53,509 bases of DNA from an uncultured Gemmatimonadota bacterium. Lineage in GTDB: Bacteria; Blakebacterota; Blakebacteria; Blakebacterales; Blakebacteraceae. Where the stretch lies: the NCBI GenBank assembly GCA_964576115.1, contig CAZNUA010000007.1, forward strand, positions 62,001 to 115,509. Reading direction: 5' to 3'. Shown in pieces: positions 35,321-44,303 of this stretch; the stretch's first letter is position 1; every line of letters begins with the position of its first letter. The notes beneath the pieces are model-generated. The model did no database searches. It was given only the letters and a program-made list of their open reading frames with translations, and was not told where the DNA came from. Position numbers and translations under genes: made by a program.

Positions 35321-38014
35321 TCACCTGTCGACGATCACAAAGCGCTCCCCCGTAACCGTGAACCGGCCCGTCACCACCCCCGTGGTGGCGGCATCGGCCG
35401 AACCGCTGAAGCCGGGCTGTTTACCCCCCACACCGACCTGAAAAATCCCCGGCTCGACGACGCGCAGCCAGTGCACGTCGATCAGCGACAGTTGCCGGGG
35501 GGTCAGGGTGAAACTGACCCGCTGCGAGGCGCCGGGACGCAGGTGCAGGCGCCGGAATCCGGCCAGGGCCCGGATCGGGACCGGCACGTCGGCCTCCAGA
35601 TCCGTCAGGTAGAGCTGGACCACCTCATCACCGGCCCGTTCGCCGGTATTGGTGACCGTAACCGATACGGTGACCTCCTCCCCGGTCTGCACCTCGACCG
35701 GCAGCTCCAGATCGGAGTAGGCGAAGGTGGTGTAACTCAGTCCGTGCCCGAAAGGATAGAGCGGCTCGCCCTCGAAGTAGCGGTAGGTGCGTCCGGCCAT
35801 GGCGTAGTCCTCAAAGGGGGGCAGCTGATCGACCGAGGCGTAAAACGTCACCGGCAGACGGCCGGCCGGGCTCACATCACCGAAAAGAACTTCGGCGATG
35901 GCCGTACCGGCCGCCTGCCCCGGGTACCAGGCCTCGAGGATGGCCGGTACGTGTTCATCGGCCCACCCCAGGCCCAGAGCACTGCCGTTGAGCAGGACCA
36001 GGACGACCGGTTTGCCCACCGCCGTAACGGCCTCGAGCAGGTCCTGCTGCGGGGCCGGCAGAGCGATGTCGGTCCGGTCACCGCCGGAGAAACCGGGCAC
36101 CTCGACCCGCATCTCCTCTCCCTCGAGGCGGGGTGAAAGCCCCAGGCACATGATGACGACCTCGGCCCGGCGGGCGGCTTGAAGAGCCCGCTCCCGGGCC
36201 TCGGGGCGGGGACCGGCCCAGAGCAACTGCATGGTGGCGTCGCTGTTCAGATCCCAGTACTCCACTACGATTTCGTACTCCCGTCCGGCTTCGAGTCCGA
36301 CCGTGTGGGATCGAATCCGGCTGTGATGCTGACTGGCATACTGGATGACCTGCTCGCCCTCGAAAAAGAGCCGTACGCCGCCGAAACCGTTCAGAGCCAG
36401 GTGCCAGGTACCGCTTGCCGGGGGCGTGATCCGGCCGCTCCAGCGCACCCCGAAGTCATCCTCGTCCATACCCCGGGCCGGGGCCTCGGCCCACCAGTTG
36501 AAGTCGATCTCCTCGTCCAGGCGCACGAAGCGCGGCTCGCCGTCGAAGTCTCGGTTGTCGTAGTACTCGCCGCGCAGACCAGCCACCTCGCGCCCGTCGA
36601 CGGTGGTCCGCAGGGCGGTGACGGGCACGGTCATGAAGCTGGGAGTATTCTCAGCCAGATCGCAACCCGGTTCGAAGAGCACCTCGGTGCTCCGATCAAC
36701 CCGCCGCCGGATCCCCTCCAGCGGGGTGACCGGAGCCGAGGGAATGCCGTTGTAGTTGCCGAGCAGGATCTCGACATCGTCGGCGTTGGGACCGATCACG
36801 GCGATGGTACCGACCCGGTCGTCGAGAGGCAGCAGGCCGTCGTTGGAGAGCAGGACCAGCGACTTGCGGGTGGTTTCCAGAGCCAGCCGGGCATGGGCCG
36901 GCGAGTCGTTGACGCGCCAGGGGGTGTCGGCCCACGGCACCCGTTCGGGAGGATCGAACATCCCCAGCCGGATCCGGGCTTCCATCAGGCGACGCATCGA
37001 GACATCGATTTGCTCTTCGGTCACAAGCCCCTGCCCGACCGCATCGACCAGTGAGCCGTACATGCTGCCGCAGTTCAGATCGCAGCCGGCTATGACTCCC
37101 ATGGCGGCCGCCTCGGCGCGCGTCTCGACCAGAGCGTGAGCGTTGCGACGGTAGATATTGCTGATCGCCCCGCAGTCGGAGACGACATAGCCTTCAAAGC
37201 CCCACTGCTCGCGCAGGATCCCCTGCAGCATCCAGGAGGATCCGCAACAGGCTTCGTCGAGGGTGCGATTGTAGGCGCACATCACGCTCCAGGCGCCCCC
37301 CTCGACGATCGAAGCCCGGAAGGCCGGCAGGTAGGTTTCTTCGATATCGCGCCAGTCGGCATAAGCGTTGAAGGAGTGCCGCAGCGGTTCGGGTCCGCTG
37401 TGCACGAAAAAGTGCTTCGGGGTGGCCACCGTCTTGAGATAAAACTCGTGATCGCCCTGCATGCCCCGCACGAAGGACACCGCCAGCCGTCCGGCGAGCC
37501 AGGGATCCTCGCCGTAGGTTTCCATCCCCCGCCCCCAACGGGGGTCGCGGAAGATGTTGATGTTGGGAGACCAGAAGGTCAGACCCTGGTAAATACCGCG
37601 GTGCCCGCGGCGCACGCTCTCGTGGTACTTGGCCCGGGCCTCGTCGCTGATGGCGGTGGCGACCCGGAACATGAGTTCATCATCCCAGGTCGCGGCCAGA
37701 CCGATCGCCTGGGGAAAGACCGTGGCCCGTCCCGCCCGGGCCACGCCGTGCAGGGCCTCGTTCCACCAGTTGTATTCCGGCACGCCGATCCGCTCGATCG
37801 CGGCGGCGGGATGGACCATCTGGACGGCTTTCTCTTCCAGGGTCATCCGCGAGACCAGATCCTCGACCCGCTGCTCGAGGGGCCGGTCCGGATCCTGGAA
37901 GGGAAACTCCCAGGCGATCCGGGAGGCCGGGCCGCAGCCGGCTGCAGTCATCAGCACGGCCAGGGCGGCGACTGAGAGAGTGGAAAGCTTCCATGCGATC
38001 ATGACCGGGCTCAT
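35321..38014 (-). CDS. GH3 beta-glucosidase/beta-xylosidase lipoprotein with PA14 insertion and Fn3-like domain
   Basis: Lipobox AAG-C. Motifs WWNEALHG, WSPNINIFRDPRWGRGMETYGEDP, VMCAYN, VVSDC, LEGEE, YPFGHGLSY. PA14-like segment IDFNW...FGVRWSG. Confidence 0.93.
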   Translation of the reverse strand: MSPVMIAWKLSTLSVAALAVLMTAAGCGPASRIAWEFPFQDPDRPLEQRVEDLVSRMTLEEKAVQMVHPAAAIERIGVPEYNWWNEALHGVARAGRATVFPQAIGLAATWDDELMFRVATAISDEARAKYHESVRRGHRGIYQGLTFWSPNINIFRDPRWGRGMETYGEDPWLAGRLAVSFVRGMQGDHEFYLKTVATPKHFFVHSGPEPLRHSFNAYADWRDIEETYLPAFRASIVEGGAWSVMCAYNRTLDEACCGSSWMLQGILREQWGFEGYVVSDCGAISNIYRRNAHALVETRAEAAAMGVIAGCDLNCGSMYGSLVDAVGQGLVTEEQIDVSMRRLMEARIRLGMFDPPERVPWADTPWRVNDSPAHARLALETTRKSLVLLSNDGLLPLDDRVGTIAVIGPNADDVEILLGNYNGIPSAPVTPLEGIRRRVDRSTEVLFEPGCDLAENTPSFMTVPVTALRTTVDGREVAGLRGEYYDNRDFDGEPRFVRLDEEIDFNWWAEAPARGMDEDDFGVRWSGRITPPASGTWHLALNGFGGVRLFFEGEQVIQYASQHHSRIRSHTVGLEAGREYEIVVEYWDLNSDATMQLLWAGPRPEARERALQAARRAEVVIMCLGLSPRLEGEEMRVEVPGFSGGDRTDIALPAPQQDLLEAVTAVGKPVVLVLLNGSALGLGWADEHVPAILEAWYPGQAAGTAIAEVLFGDVSPAGRLPVTFYASVDQLPPFEDYAMAGRTYRYFEGEPLYPFGHGLSYTTFAYSDLELPVEVQTGEEVTVSVTVTNTGERAGDEVVQLYLTDLEADVPVPIRALAGFRRLHLRPGASQRVSFTLTPRQLSLIDVHWLRVVEPGIFQVGVGGKQPGFSGSADAATTGVVTGRFTVTGERFVIVDR

Positions 38015-38721
38015 CCCTCCAGATAGGGGGTAAAGACGGAGCGGAATTCCTCGAGCCGGGAATCGAGCACCCGGGGCACCAGGACGGTGAACAGGTCGAG
38101 TCGAACCAGACTGTTGAGCCCGGCGTCGCGGCTGCTCACCGCCGCCAGCCGTTCCGAGAGGCCCATATTCACCGCGTGGATCTGCTCGTAGATGGCACTC
38201 AGTCCGGTGCATTTCCAGTCGGGTTCGAGCCCCTGCCGAACCCGCAGGTACTGGGCGATCAGGTACATCGAAATCGACCGCCAGGCGGTTTCGCGGGGCG
38301 AGGAGAGGGGCAGATGGATTGTCAGCATCGGGCGGAGCGGGGCCATGTGAGGACACGCGCTGGCGGCCATGTAAATACCCATGAGGGAGTGCAAAGCGTC
38401 CTGCATGGTCGTATGCAGATGACAGGTCCGATCCGTGGTCGCGACCTCCAGGTCCACTTCCTCGAAACTGAGGCGGTCGCCGAAGGTCTCGACAATGACC
38501 GAAAGGACCTCGGCCACCGGGCAGAGCGGATTGCGCGCCGGGCTCAAGGGACAGTTGGTACACTGACGGAAGGTGAGTGCGGCCCAGTCGGGCAGCACGC
38601 GGGGAGGTTCGCGTACCAGTTCGAGCGTATCGGTCCGCAGGCGGGGCGCCAGAACGACCTCTTCCCCACCGGGCAACCGGAATGAGTAGGTGATCGTGAT
38701 CTCCGACGGCTCCTCAGGCAT
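38011..38721 (-). CDS. DUF6901-like hypothetical protein with a Cys cluster
   Basis: LPDWAALTFRQCTNCPL...CPVA, SLMGIYMAASACPH, PMLTIHLP, PDW, VN...RL...DA...LD. Family recalled from sequence pattern. Confidence 0.65.
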   Translation of the reverse strand: MPEEPSEITITYSFRLPGGEEVVLAPRLRTDTLELVREPPRVLPDWAALTFRQCTNCPLSPARNPLCPVAEVLSVIVETFGDRLSFEEVDLEVATTDRTCHLHTTMQDALHSLMGIYMAASACPHMAPLRPMLTIHLPLSSPRETAWRSISMYLIAQYLRVRQGLEPDWKCTGLSAIYEQIHAVNMGLSERLAAVSSRDAGLNSLVRLDLFTVLVPRVLDSRLEEFRSVFTPYLEG

Positions 38722-39568
38722 CGAGCCAGGTCTCCCTGAATACCTCCGCCAGGCGCCGAACGACCTCGCGGCGGATCCGCTCGGGCAGATCACGGGCCGG
38801 CCCCCAGGGGGTGTTGTTGGCATCCACGATGTAGATGCGGCCGTCATCGCGGTCGCGCAGGACGTCGATCTCGCCCCAGTCGAGGCCGTACTCCGAGCAG
38901 AAACGGGCGATATCAGCCAACTCCCGCGCGGAGAGGATCTCATCGGTCTCCCGGACCTCCACCTTCAGCCAGCTACTGAAGAAGCGGTTGGAGGGGGGTT
39001 TATGCTTCAAGGTGAGCAGGGGTACCCGCCCGCCAATGACCGGAATGCGCAGTTCCTCGCAGAGCCCGTCGGGACCGATGTTATTCACCAGCCGCTGGTA
39101 CGCGCACCCCTCGACCGGGGCGGGGAGCGGGCAGGTCACGACCCGACCGCTCTTCGAGGCGTTTTCATCGGATTTCTGTACGGCTTCCCCTTCATGACTG
39201 ACGGGATTGATCGCGAGCGGATAGCCGAAAGTGCGCTCGAAGACCTCGCCCAGGTGAGTCTTGCTGACGTCGCGACAGGCCAGGTTCAGGACTGGCGCAT
39301 GTGCCGCAATATCGCGCAATTCAGGATACTCGGGGCGCCAGGTGGTGTCTTTCCAGGCAAAGGCCAGATCGCAGCGGCGATGAAGATCGGTCGTGATGTT
39401 GTACCCCTGCTCGCGGCAGATCTTGAAGATCAGCGTCTTCTTGGCCGGGTACTGCGGGTAGAAGAGGATCGTCCGGGTCCGGAAGCCGCGGCGCAGCCAC
39501 TTCCAGAGAAAGCGCAGCCGGTAGCCGAGCAGGGCTTTGAGCGGTATGCGGGTGTGCAGGAACCTCAA
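38714..39568 (-). CDS. ATP-grasp-like (glutathione synthetase/RimK-type C-domain) hypothetical protein
   Basis: Motifs KSDENA, YQRLV, ELRIPV, GLDWGEIDVLRDRDDGRIYIVDANNTP. TTG start overlaps the upstream TGA. Confidence 0.6.
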   Translation of the reverse strand: MRFLHTRIPLKALLGYRLRFLWKWLRRGFRTRTILFYPQYPAKKTLIFKICREQGYNITTDLHRRCDLAFAWKDTTWRPEYPELRDIAAHAPVLNLACRDVSKTHLGEVFERTFGYPLAINPVSHEGEAVQKSDENASKSGRVVTCPLPAPVEGCAYQRLVNNIGPDGLCEELRIPVIGGRVPLLTLKHKPPSNRFFSSWLKVEVRETDEILSARELADIARFCSEYGLDWGEIDVLRDRDDGRIYIVDANNTPWGPARDLPERIRREVVRRLAEVFRETWLDA

Positions 39569-42228
39569 CTGCCGGGCATCCCGTCACAGCCCAGGAAGAG
39601 CGAGTTGAAGAAGAGCTTGAAAGTCGCATACGACTGAGCCCGGTTGTGGAAGTTGAAACCGAACAGGACGATATCCCCTTCTCCGTAGGGAATGTGCATG
39701 ACGGTGGCCTTGAGTTGGAGCAGGTCGGTGTTCTCGGCGTAGCCGCTCAGGAGCATCTCCCCGGCAGACGGTTCTTCGCTCTCCGAGCCGGGGAAGACGG
39801 CCACAGCAATGGCTTCGCGGGTATGAGGATTCCCGGCGACGACCTCGGGCCCGGCATGGCCGAAGATGCTCCCCCGTGACCAGAAGGCGGCCCCTTCCAC
39901 GGGCATCCCCCAGGCAACCGGATGACCGTTGCTGTAATACATCTTCATGATCGAGCCGGCCGAGTAGAAACCCTCCCGGGCCAGGTCCCGGCTCAGATCC
40001 GTCACGGGCAGGTCGAACTGCTCGATCGCGAAGGCACACGAACTCCCGTTGCAGATGAGAGTGCCGCCGTTGAGGACGAACTCGAGCAGGTTCGCCATTC
40101 CCTCCTCGCCGATTCCTCCGACGTACTCGGGGGGGACCGATCCCTCCCGGTTTCCGTTGAGGATCGTCCGGGCGCCGATCGAGGCGATCGATATGACATC
40201 GAAGGATGAGTTCAGATCTCCCGCCACGATTCTCTCGTTGCGCAGCTGCTCGTGGGGAATGCCGTATTCGTCGAGAACCCAGCGCATCCACCCCTCGTCC
40301 ATGCTCCCCTGCCAGGGGGCGTAGTGCCCCAGCCGGCGGGGTTCGAGCCGGACCTTCTCGACCTCGAGATTGGTCCGCGTCATCGGCACGTGGGTCTCGG
40401 CCGCGATCCGTTCCATCTCCCGCGCCTCCAGACGCGAGGCAAAGAAGACCCCACCGGGGTAGGTGGTGCCTTCAATCTCGACCGGACGAATCGAGCGGCT
40501 CACCCGTCCGCCGGCGGCCATGATCTTGACCGCGGCGGTGAAAGCGTTGGTGTCGGTCGGCAGAAAGACGTACTCCCCCCGGTTCCCGGTCACAGTCCCC
40601 TCCGGCCAGGGCACCTCGGTCAGCCGGGTCATGGCAAAGTCCGGTGCGACGTCGAGTTCAACCGTGGCCACCCCCATCTGCAGGGGCAGGGTCCAGCCGG
40701 CCACGTCGTAGGGGCGCAGGGGCGGGGCATCACTCACATCCACCCGGCCGGGCAGACCTTGCCAGAGGTGGGTCTTGCGTCGCAGATCGGGGTAATCCTG
40801 ACGTTCGAACATGGTCTTGACGAAAGCTCCGAAGGGCTGGCCGGTGGGCACGATGAGGGTGCCGGTGGGGTATTCCTCATCCCCGATCGTGACCGCCTCA
40901 TCGGCGGCGTAGACCTCGACCCCGAGCAGCATCAGTTTGTCGAGCATCCGGGCGGTGGTGGTCGGATCGGCCTGGTCATGGAGGATCGCCCAGCCGAACG
41001 GCGGCTCGGCGGTGAAGCGCTCGATGTTGCCGGTCGCCAGCGAATACTTGCTCAGCAGCATCTCGCGGCGGTAGCGGGCGCAGACGTCGAGAACCGCTTT
41101 CGAGGCGGTCAGACAGTAGGCCACGGCATCCCCGATTCGCCACCAGCCCCCCTTCCACGGCGAGGTGTAGAAAGCGGAGGGAGTGAAACCGGCATAGGCT
41201 CCCCGCGAGGATCGGGTGACATCCTCCTCTGAGTACTCGTGCGGGGTGGCCAACCGGTAGAGCGCCGTTTCGGTCAGGATCGAGGGGATGTTGTGGGTGG
41301 TGGCGATCTGGGTCATATACCCCGGGTACCAGGCATCGAAGGATATCCGGCTGATCGCTCCCGGCTGATCGTTGACCTCGAAAGCCATGCCCATCGCCGC
41401 CCCGATCAGGTTCTCCCACCTGATGACCTGGGCCGGTTTGTTGGGATTGGTCGGTTCCCCGTAGGGGGGGATCCAGATCCGGGTCGGGAAGGGAGCCGTC
41501 TGGTGGTGGTTGTACACCACATTCGGGAACCACTCATGGTTCTGCATCCGGGCGAGGTTGCGGGTCTCAGCCTGGGTGACGTTGAAGCAGTCGCGGTTGT
41601 TGTCGTGCCCGATGTACTTGCTGTACAGCCACGGCATCCGGGCCTCGAAGCCGGTGTCGAGGTGCTCCATGTACCAGTCGGCGACCATCGACATGCCGTC
41701 GGGGTTGGCGAAGATCAGCAGGGTGATGACGTTGTCGCGGATGGTGCGGGTGAAGGCATCCTCGCCGGTCACCAGATCGTAGGCCAGCTGCAGGGCGTGC
41801 TCGGAGGGAGCGCACTCGGTCGAATGCAGGCCGACATCGATCCAGGCGATCGTCCGGCCCTCATCGGCCAGGCGCGAAGCTTCGTCAGGAGACACCCCCC
41901 GCCCCAGACTCAATCGCTCGGCGATCGACCGGTAGTGTTCGAGGCGCTGGAGGTTTTCCTCAGAAGAAATCACGGCGTACTTCATCGACCGGCCCTGCTC
42001 GGTCTCGCCCGCTTCCCGGATGAGCATCCGTCCGGTCTGGGCAGCGATTGTCTCGAAATACCCGATTGCGGTCTCGTAGTTGGTGAGTTTGTAGTCCGCT
42101 CCCGGTTCATACTCCAGGTACTCGGCCGGGGGAGTGACCTGAGCGCTGAGAATCGTGAAAGGAAGAGCGAAAGAGAGCAGCACGGCGGCGGTGCCGTGCC
42201 GGAGTCGGAAGCGGGACGTACGGTTCAT
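39565..42228 (-). CDS. Exported M14 zinc carboxypeptidase-family protein
   Basis: GGAGG RBS and signal peptide. Motifs GLHSTE, NPDG, HDNNRD, YNHHQ, ILTE, PYDVAGWTLP, MDEGW. Confidence 0.9.
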   Translation of the reverse strand: MNRTSRFRLRHGTAAVLLSFALPFTILSAQVTPPAEYLEYEPGADYKLTNYETAIGYFETIAAQTGRMLIREAGETEQGRSMKYAVISSEENLQRLEHYRSIAERLSLGRGVSPDEASRLADEGRTIAWIDVGLHSTECAPSEHALQLAYDLVTGEDAFTRTIRDNVITLLIFANPDGMSMVADWYMEHLDTGFEARMPWLYSKYIGHDNNRDCFNVTQAETRNLARMQNHEWFPNVVYNHHQTAPFPTRIWIPPYGEPTNPNKPAQVIRWENLIGAAMGMAFEVNDQPGAISRISFDAWYPGYMTQIATTHNIPSILTETALYRLATPHEYSEEDVTRSSRGAYAGFTPSAFYTSPWKGGWWRIGDAVAYCLTASKAVLDVCARYRREMLLSKYSLATGNIERFTAEPPFGWAILHDQADPTTTARMLDKLMLLGVEVYAADEAVTIGDEEYPTGTLIVPTGQPFGAFVKTMFERQDYPDLRRKTHLWQGLPGRVDVSDAPPLRPYDVAGWTLPLQMGVATVELDVAPDFAMTRLTEVPWPEGTVTGNRGEYVFLPTDTNAFTAAVKIMAAGGRVSRSIRPVEIEGTTYPGGVFFASRLEAREMERIAAETHVPMTRTNLEVEKVRLEPRRLGHYAPWQGSMDEGWMRWVLDEYGIPHEQLRNERIVAGDLNSSFDVISIASIGARTILNGNREGSVPPEYVGGIGEEGMANLLEFVLNGGTLICNGSSCAFAIEQFDLPVTDLSRDLAREGFYSAGSIMKMYYSNGHPVAWGMPVEGAAFWSRGSIFGHAGPEVVAGNPHTREAIAVAVFPGSESEEPSAGEMLLSGYAENTDLLQLKATVMHIPYGEGDIVLFGFNFHNRAQSYATFKLFFNSLFLGCDGMPGS

Positions 42229-42449
42229 GATTCCTCCGGTGCGGTTGGAGTCGAGCTCCGGTGAACGGCCGGACACTATACCGCACTCTAACCGAGGCGG
42301 AGCGGGAGGTGCAATACAGCGCCGGCAGAACAGACCGCTGCCGGTGGTGTGCGCCGACAGGTTCCGAAGAGGGTGCATGATCCGCCGTGACGGGTATACA
42401 CTTCTCATGCCCTGCCACCGCCCCGCCACTTTCGGAGAAAGGATCTGTC

Positions 42450-44066
42450 ATGCGATCCCGAGTCATTTCCGCTCTCCCCCTTCTCGCCCTGGGGGCGTTC
42501 CTGCTCGCCCCCGCCGTCACCGTCAGTGCCCAGAGCGGTATTCCGCTCGAAGACAACTGTTCCAGCCTGCTGGTTACGGCCGGAGCCTCGGTCGACGGGT
42601 CGGTGATGATCACCTATACCTGCGACGGGGAGTTCCTGAGCCACCTCGAATACACACCCGCGGCCGACCACGAACCGGACAGCTTTGTCGAGGGTATGGC
42701 CGGGGGGCGCATAAAACAGGTGCCGCACACCTATGCCGTCACCGGATACATCAACGAGCACCAGGTGGCCATCGGCGAGACGACCTTCGGCGGCCGGCGC
42801 GAGCTGACCAACCGGGAGGGGCTGCTCAGCTACCCGGCCCTGATGCAGCTGGCTCTGGAACGCTCGCGCACCGCCCGCGAAGCGATTCAGGTCATGACCT
42901 CTCTGGTGGCCGAATACGGCTACCGTTCCTCGGGGGAATCGTTCTCGATCGGGGACAAGAACGAGGCCTGGATTCTCGAGATGATCGGCCCGGGCCGGGG
43001 AGGCGAGGGAGCGATCTGGGTGGCGGTCCGGATTCCCGACGGGCACATCGCCGCCCACGCCAACAAGGCCCGTATCGGGACCTTTCCCCTCGACGATCCC
43101 GACAACTGCCTGTATTCCGAAAACGTCATCTCCTTTGCCGAAGAGCATGGCTGGTACGATCGGCACTCACGGGAGGAATTCAGTTTCTGCGAGGTCTACT
43201 GCCCGGCCGGCCCCTCTGACCTGCGGGTCACCGAGGCCCGGGTCTGGAGCATGTTCCGCAGAGCCGCGCCCTCGCTCGAGCTGTCGGCCGATTATCACCG
43301 GGGCGTGCCGGGAGCCGAGCGCTATCCGCTCTCGATCCGGCCCGACTCACAGCTCACGGTCGGGGATGTCTTTACCCTGATGCGCGACCACTACGAGGGC
43401 ACGCCCTTCGACATGACCCAGGGCATCGACGCCGGTCCCTACGGCAGTCCCCAGCGGATCCGGCCGCTGGGCTGGGAGGTGGACGGTGTATCCTACATGT
43501 GGGAGCGTCCCATCTCGACCCAGCAAACCGCCTTCAGCTTCATCAGCCAGTCGCGGGCCGATCTGCCCGACCCGGTGGGCGGGGTGATGTGGTACAGCCC
43601 CGATGACACCAACTTCGCCTGCTACGCGCCTTTCTACTGCTGTATTACCTCCCTGCCCGAATCCTACACCATCGGCAACATCCGCGATTTCTCGTGGGAC
43701 TCGGCCTGGTGGGTCTTCAACTTCGTCTCCAACTTCAGCCATCTCATGTACTCGGAGATGATCCAGGACGTGCGGGAGGTGCAGAGTGCGATCGAGGGCG
43801 ACTTCCTGGCCAGGCAGCCGGTGGTGGAAGCGACCGCAGCCGAGCTCCTGGAGCGCGATCCTGCTCTGGCCATGGCCTATCTGACTGACTACTGCACCTC
43901 CCACGCCGAGCAGCTGGTGACGCGCTGGCGGAAACTGGGCGAGTACCTGATCATGAACTATAACGACGGCTATATCGGCGGCCGCCCCCGCGGTTACCAC
44001 GAGGCCTGGCTGCGCAAGGTGCTCGAAAAGCGTCCCGACCAGTTCCGCCTGCCGCCACCGGAGTGA
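42450..44066 (+). CDS. C69 family dipeptidase (Ntn hydrolase)
   Basis: Signal peptide, then N-CSSLLVT.GAS.DGS. Motifs INEHQVAIGETTFGGR, TAREAI, GESFSIGD, AHANKARI, RDHYEGT, ERPIS. Confidence 0.9.
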   Translation: MRSRVISALPLLALGAFLLAPAVTVSAQSGIPLEDNCSSLLVTAGASVDGSVMITYTCDGEFLSHLEYTPAADHEPDSFVEGMAGGRIKQVPHTYAVTGYINEHQVAIGETTFGGRRELTNREGLLSYPALMQLALERSRTAREAIQVMTSLVAEYGYRSSGESFSIGDKNEAWILEMIGPGRGGEGAIWVAVRIPDGHIAAHANKARIGTFPLDDPDNCLYSENVISFAEEHGWYDRHSREEFSFCEVYCPAGPSDLRVTEARVWSMFRRAAPSLELSADYHRGVPGAERYPLSIRPDSQLTVGDVFTLMRDHYEGTPFDMTQGIDAGPYGSPQRIRPLGWEVDGVSYMWERPISTQQTAFSFISQSRADLPDPVGGVMWYSPDDTNFACYAPFYCCITSLPESYTIGNIRDFSWDSAWWVFNFVSNFSHLMYSEMIQDVREVQSAIEGDFLARQPVVEATAAELLERDPALAMAYLTDYCTSHAEQLVTRWRKLGEYLIMNYNDGYIGGRPRGYHEAWLRKVLEKRPDQFRLPPPE

Positions 44067-44132
44067 TGATCAGTGGATCACTGATACCTCCGGGATGGAG
44101 CGCATCCGCGACGAAACGGAGGAACAGGGAAC

Positions 44133-44175
44133 GGGCCGGAGACCGGCGGCTGGGGGTACTCCGGCCCACTTTTTT
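44133..44175 (+). terminator. Rho-independent terminator
   Basis: Stem GGGCCGGAG...CTCCGGCCC followed by ACTTTTTT. Confidence 0.65.
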
Positions 44176-44303
44176 CTTATCCCGGCCCGGCCCGTGTACT
44201 ATCGTGTCAACCGATATGCCGACCTTCAATCGACAGTCCCGACCGGTCTCTCCGTCACCCACCCCACCCCGGGGACCGGCCCACCGCAACCAGAGGTAGA
44301 CAG

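Noticed and set aside
38015-38563. 5' extension of the GH3 ORF
   Set aside because: It overlaps the DUF6901-like gene in another frame. The lipoprotein signal starts at about 38014.
44064-44122. Hairpins after the C69 TGA (ATCAGTG-GAT-CACTGAT; CCTCCG...CGGAGG containing GACGAAAC), considered as a SECIS element or hammerhead ribozyme
   Set aside because: The tandem TGA TGA and a complete-looking protein argue against selenocysteine, and the hammerhead CUGAnGA core is not correctly placed. An Rfam/Infernal scan would settle it.
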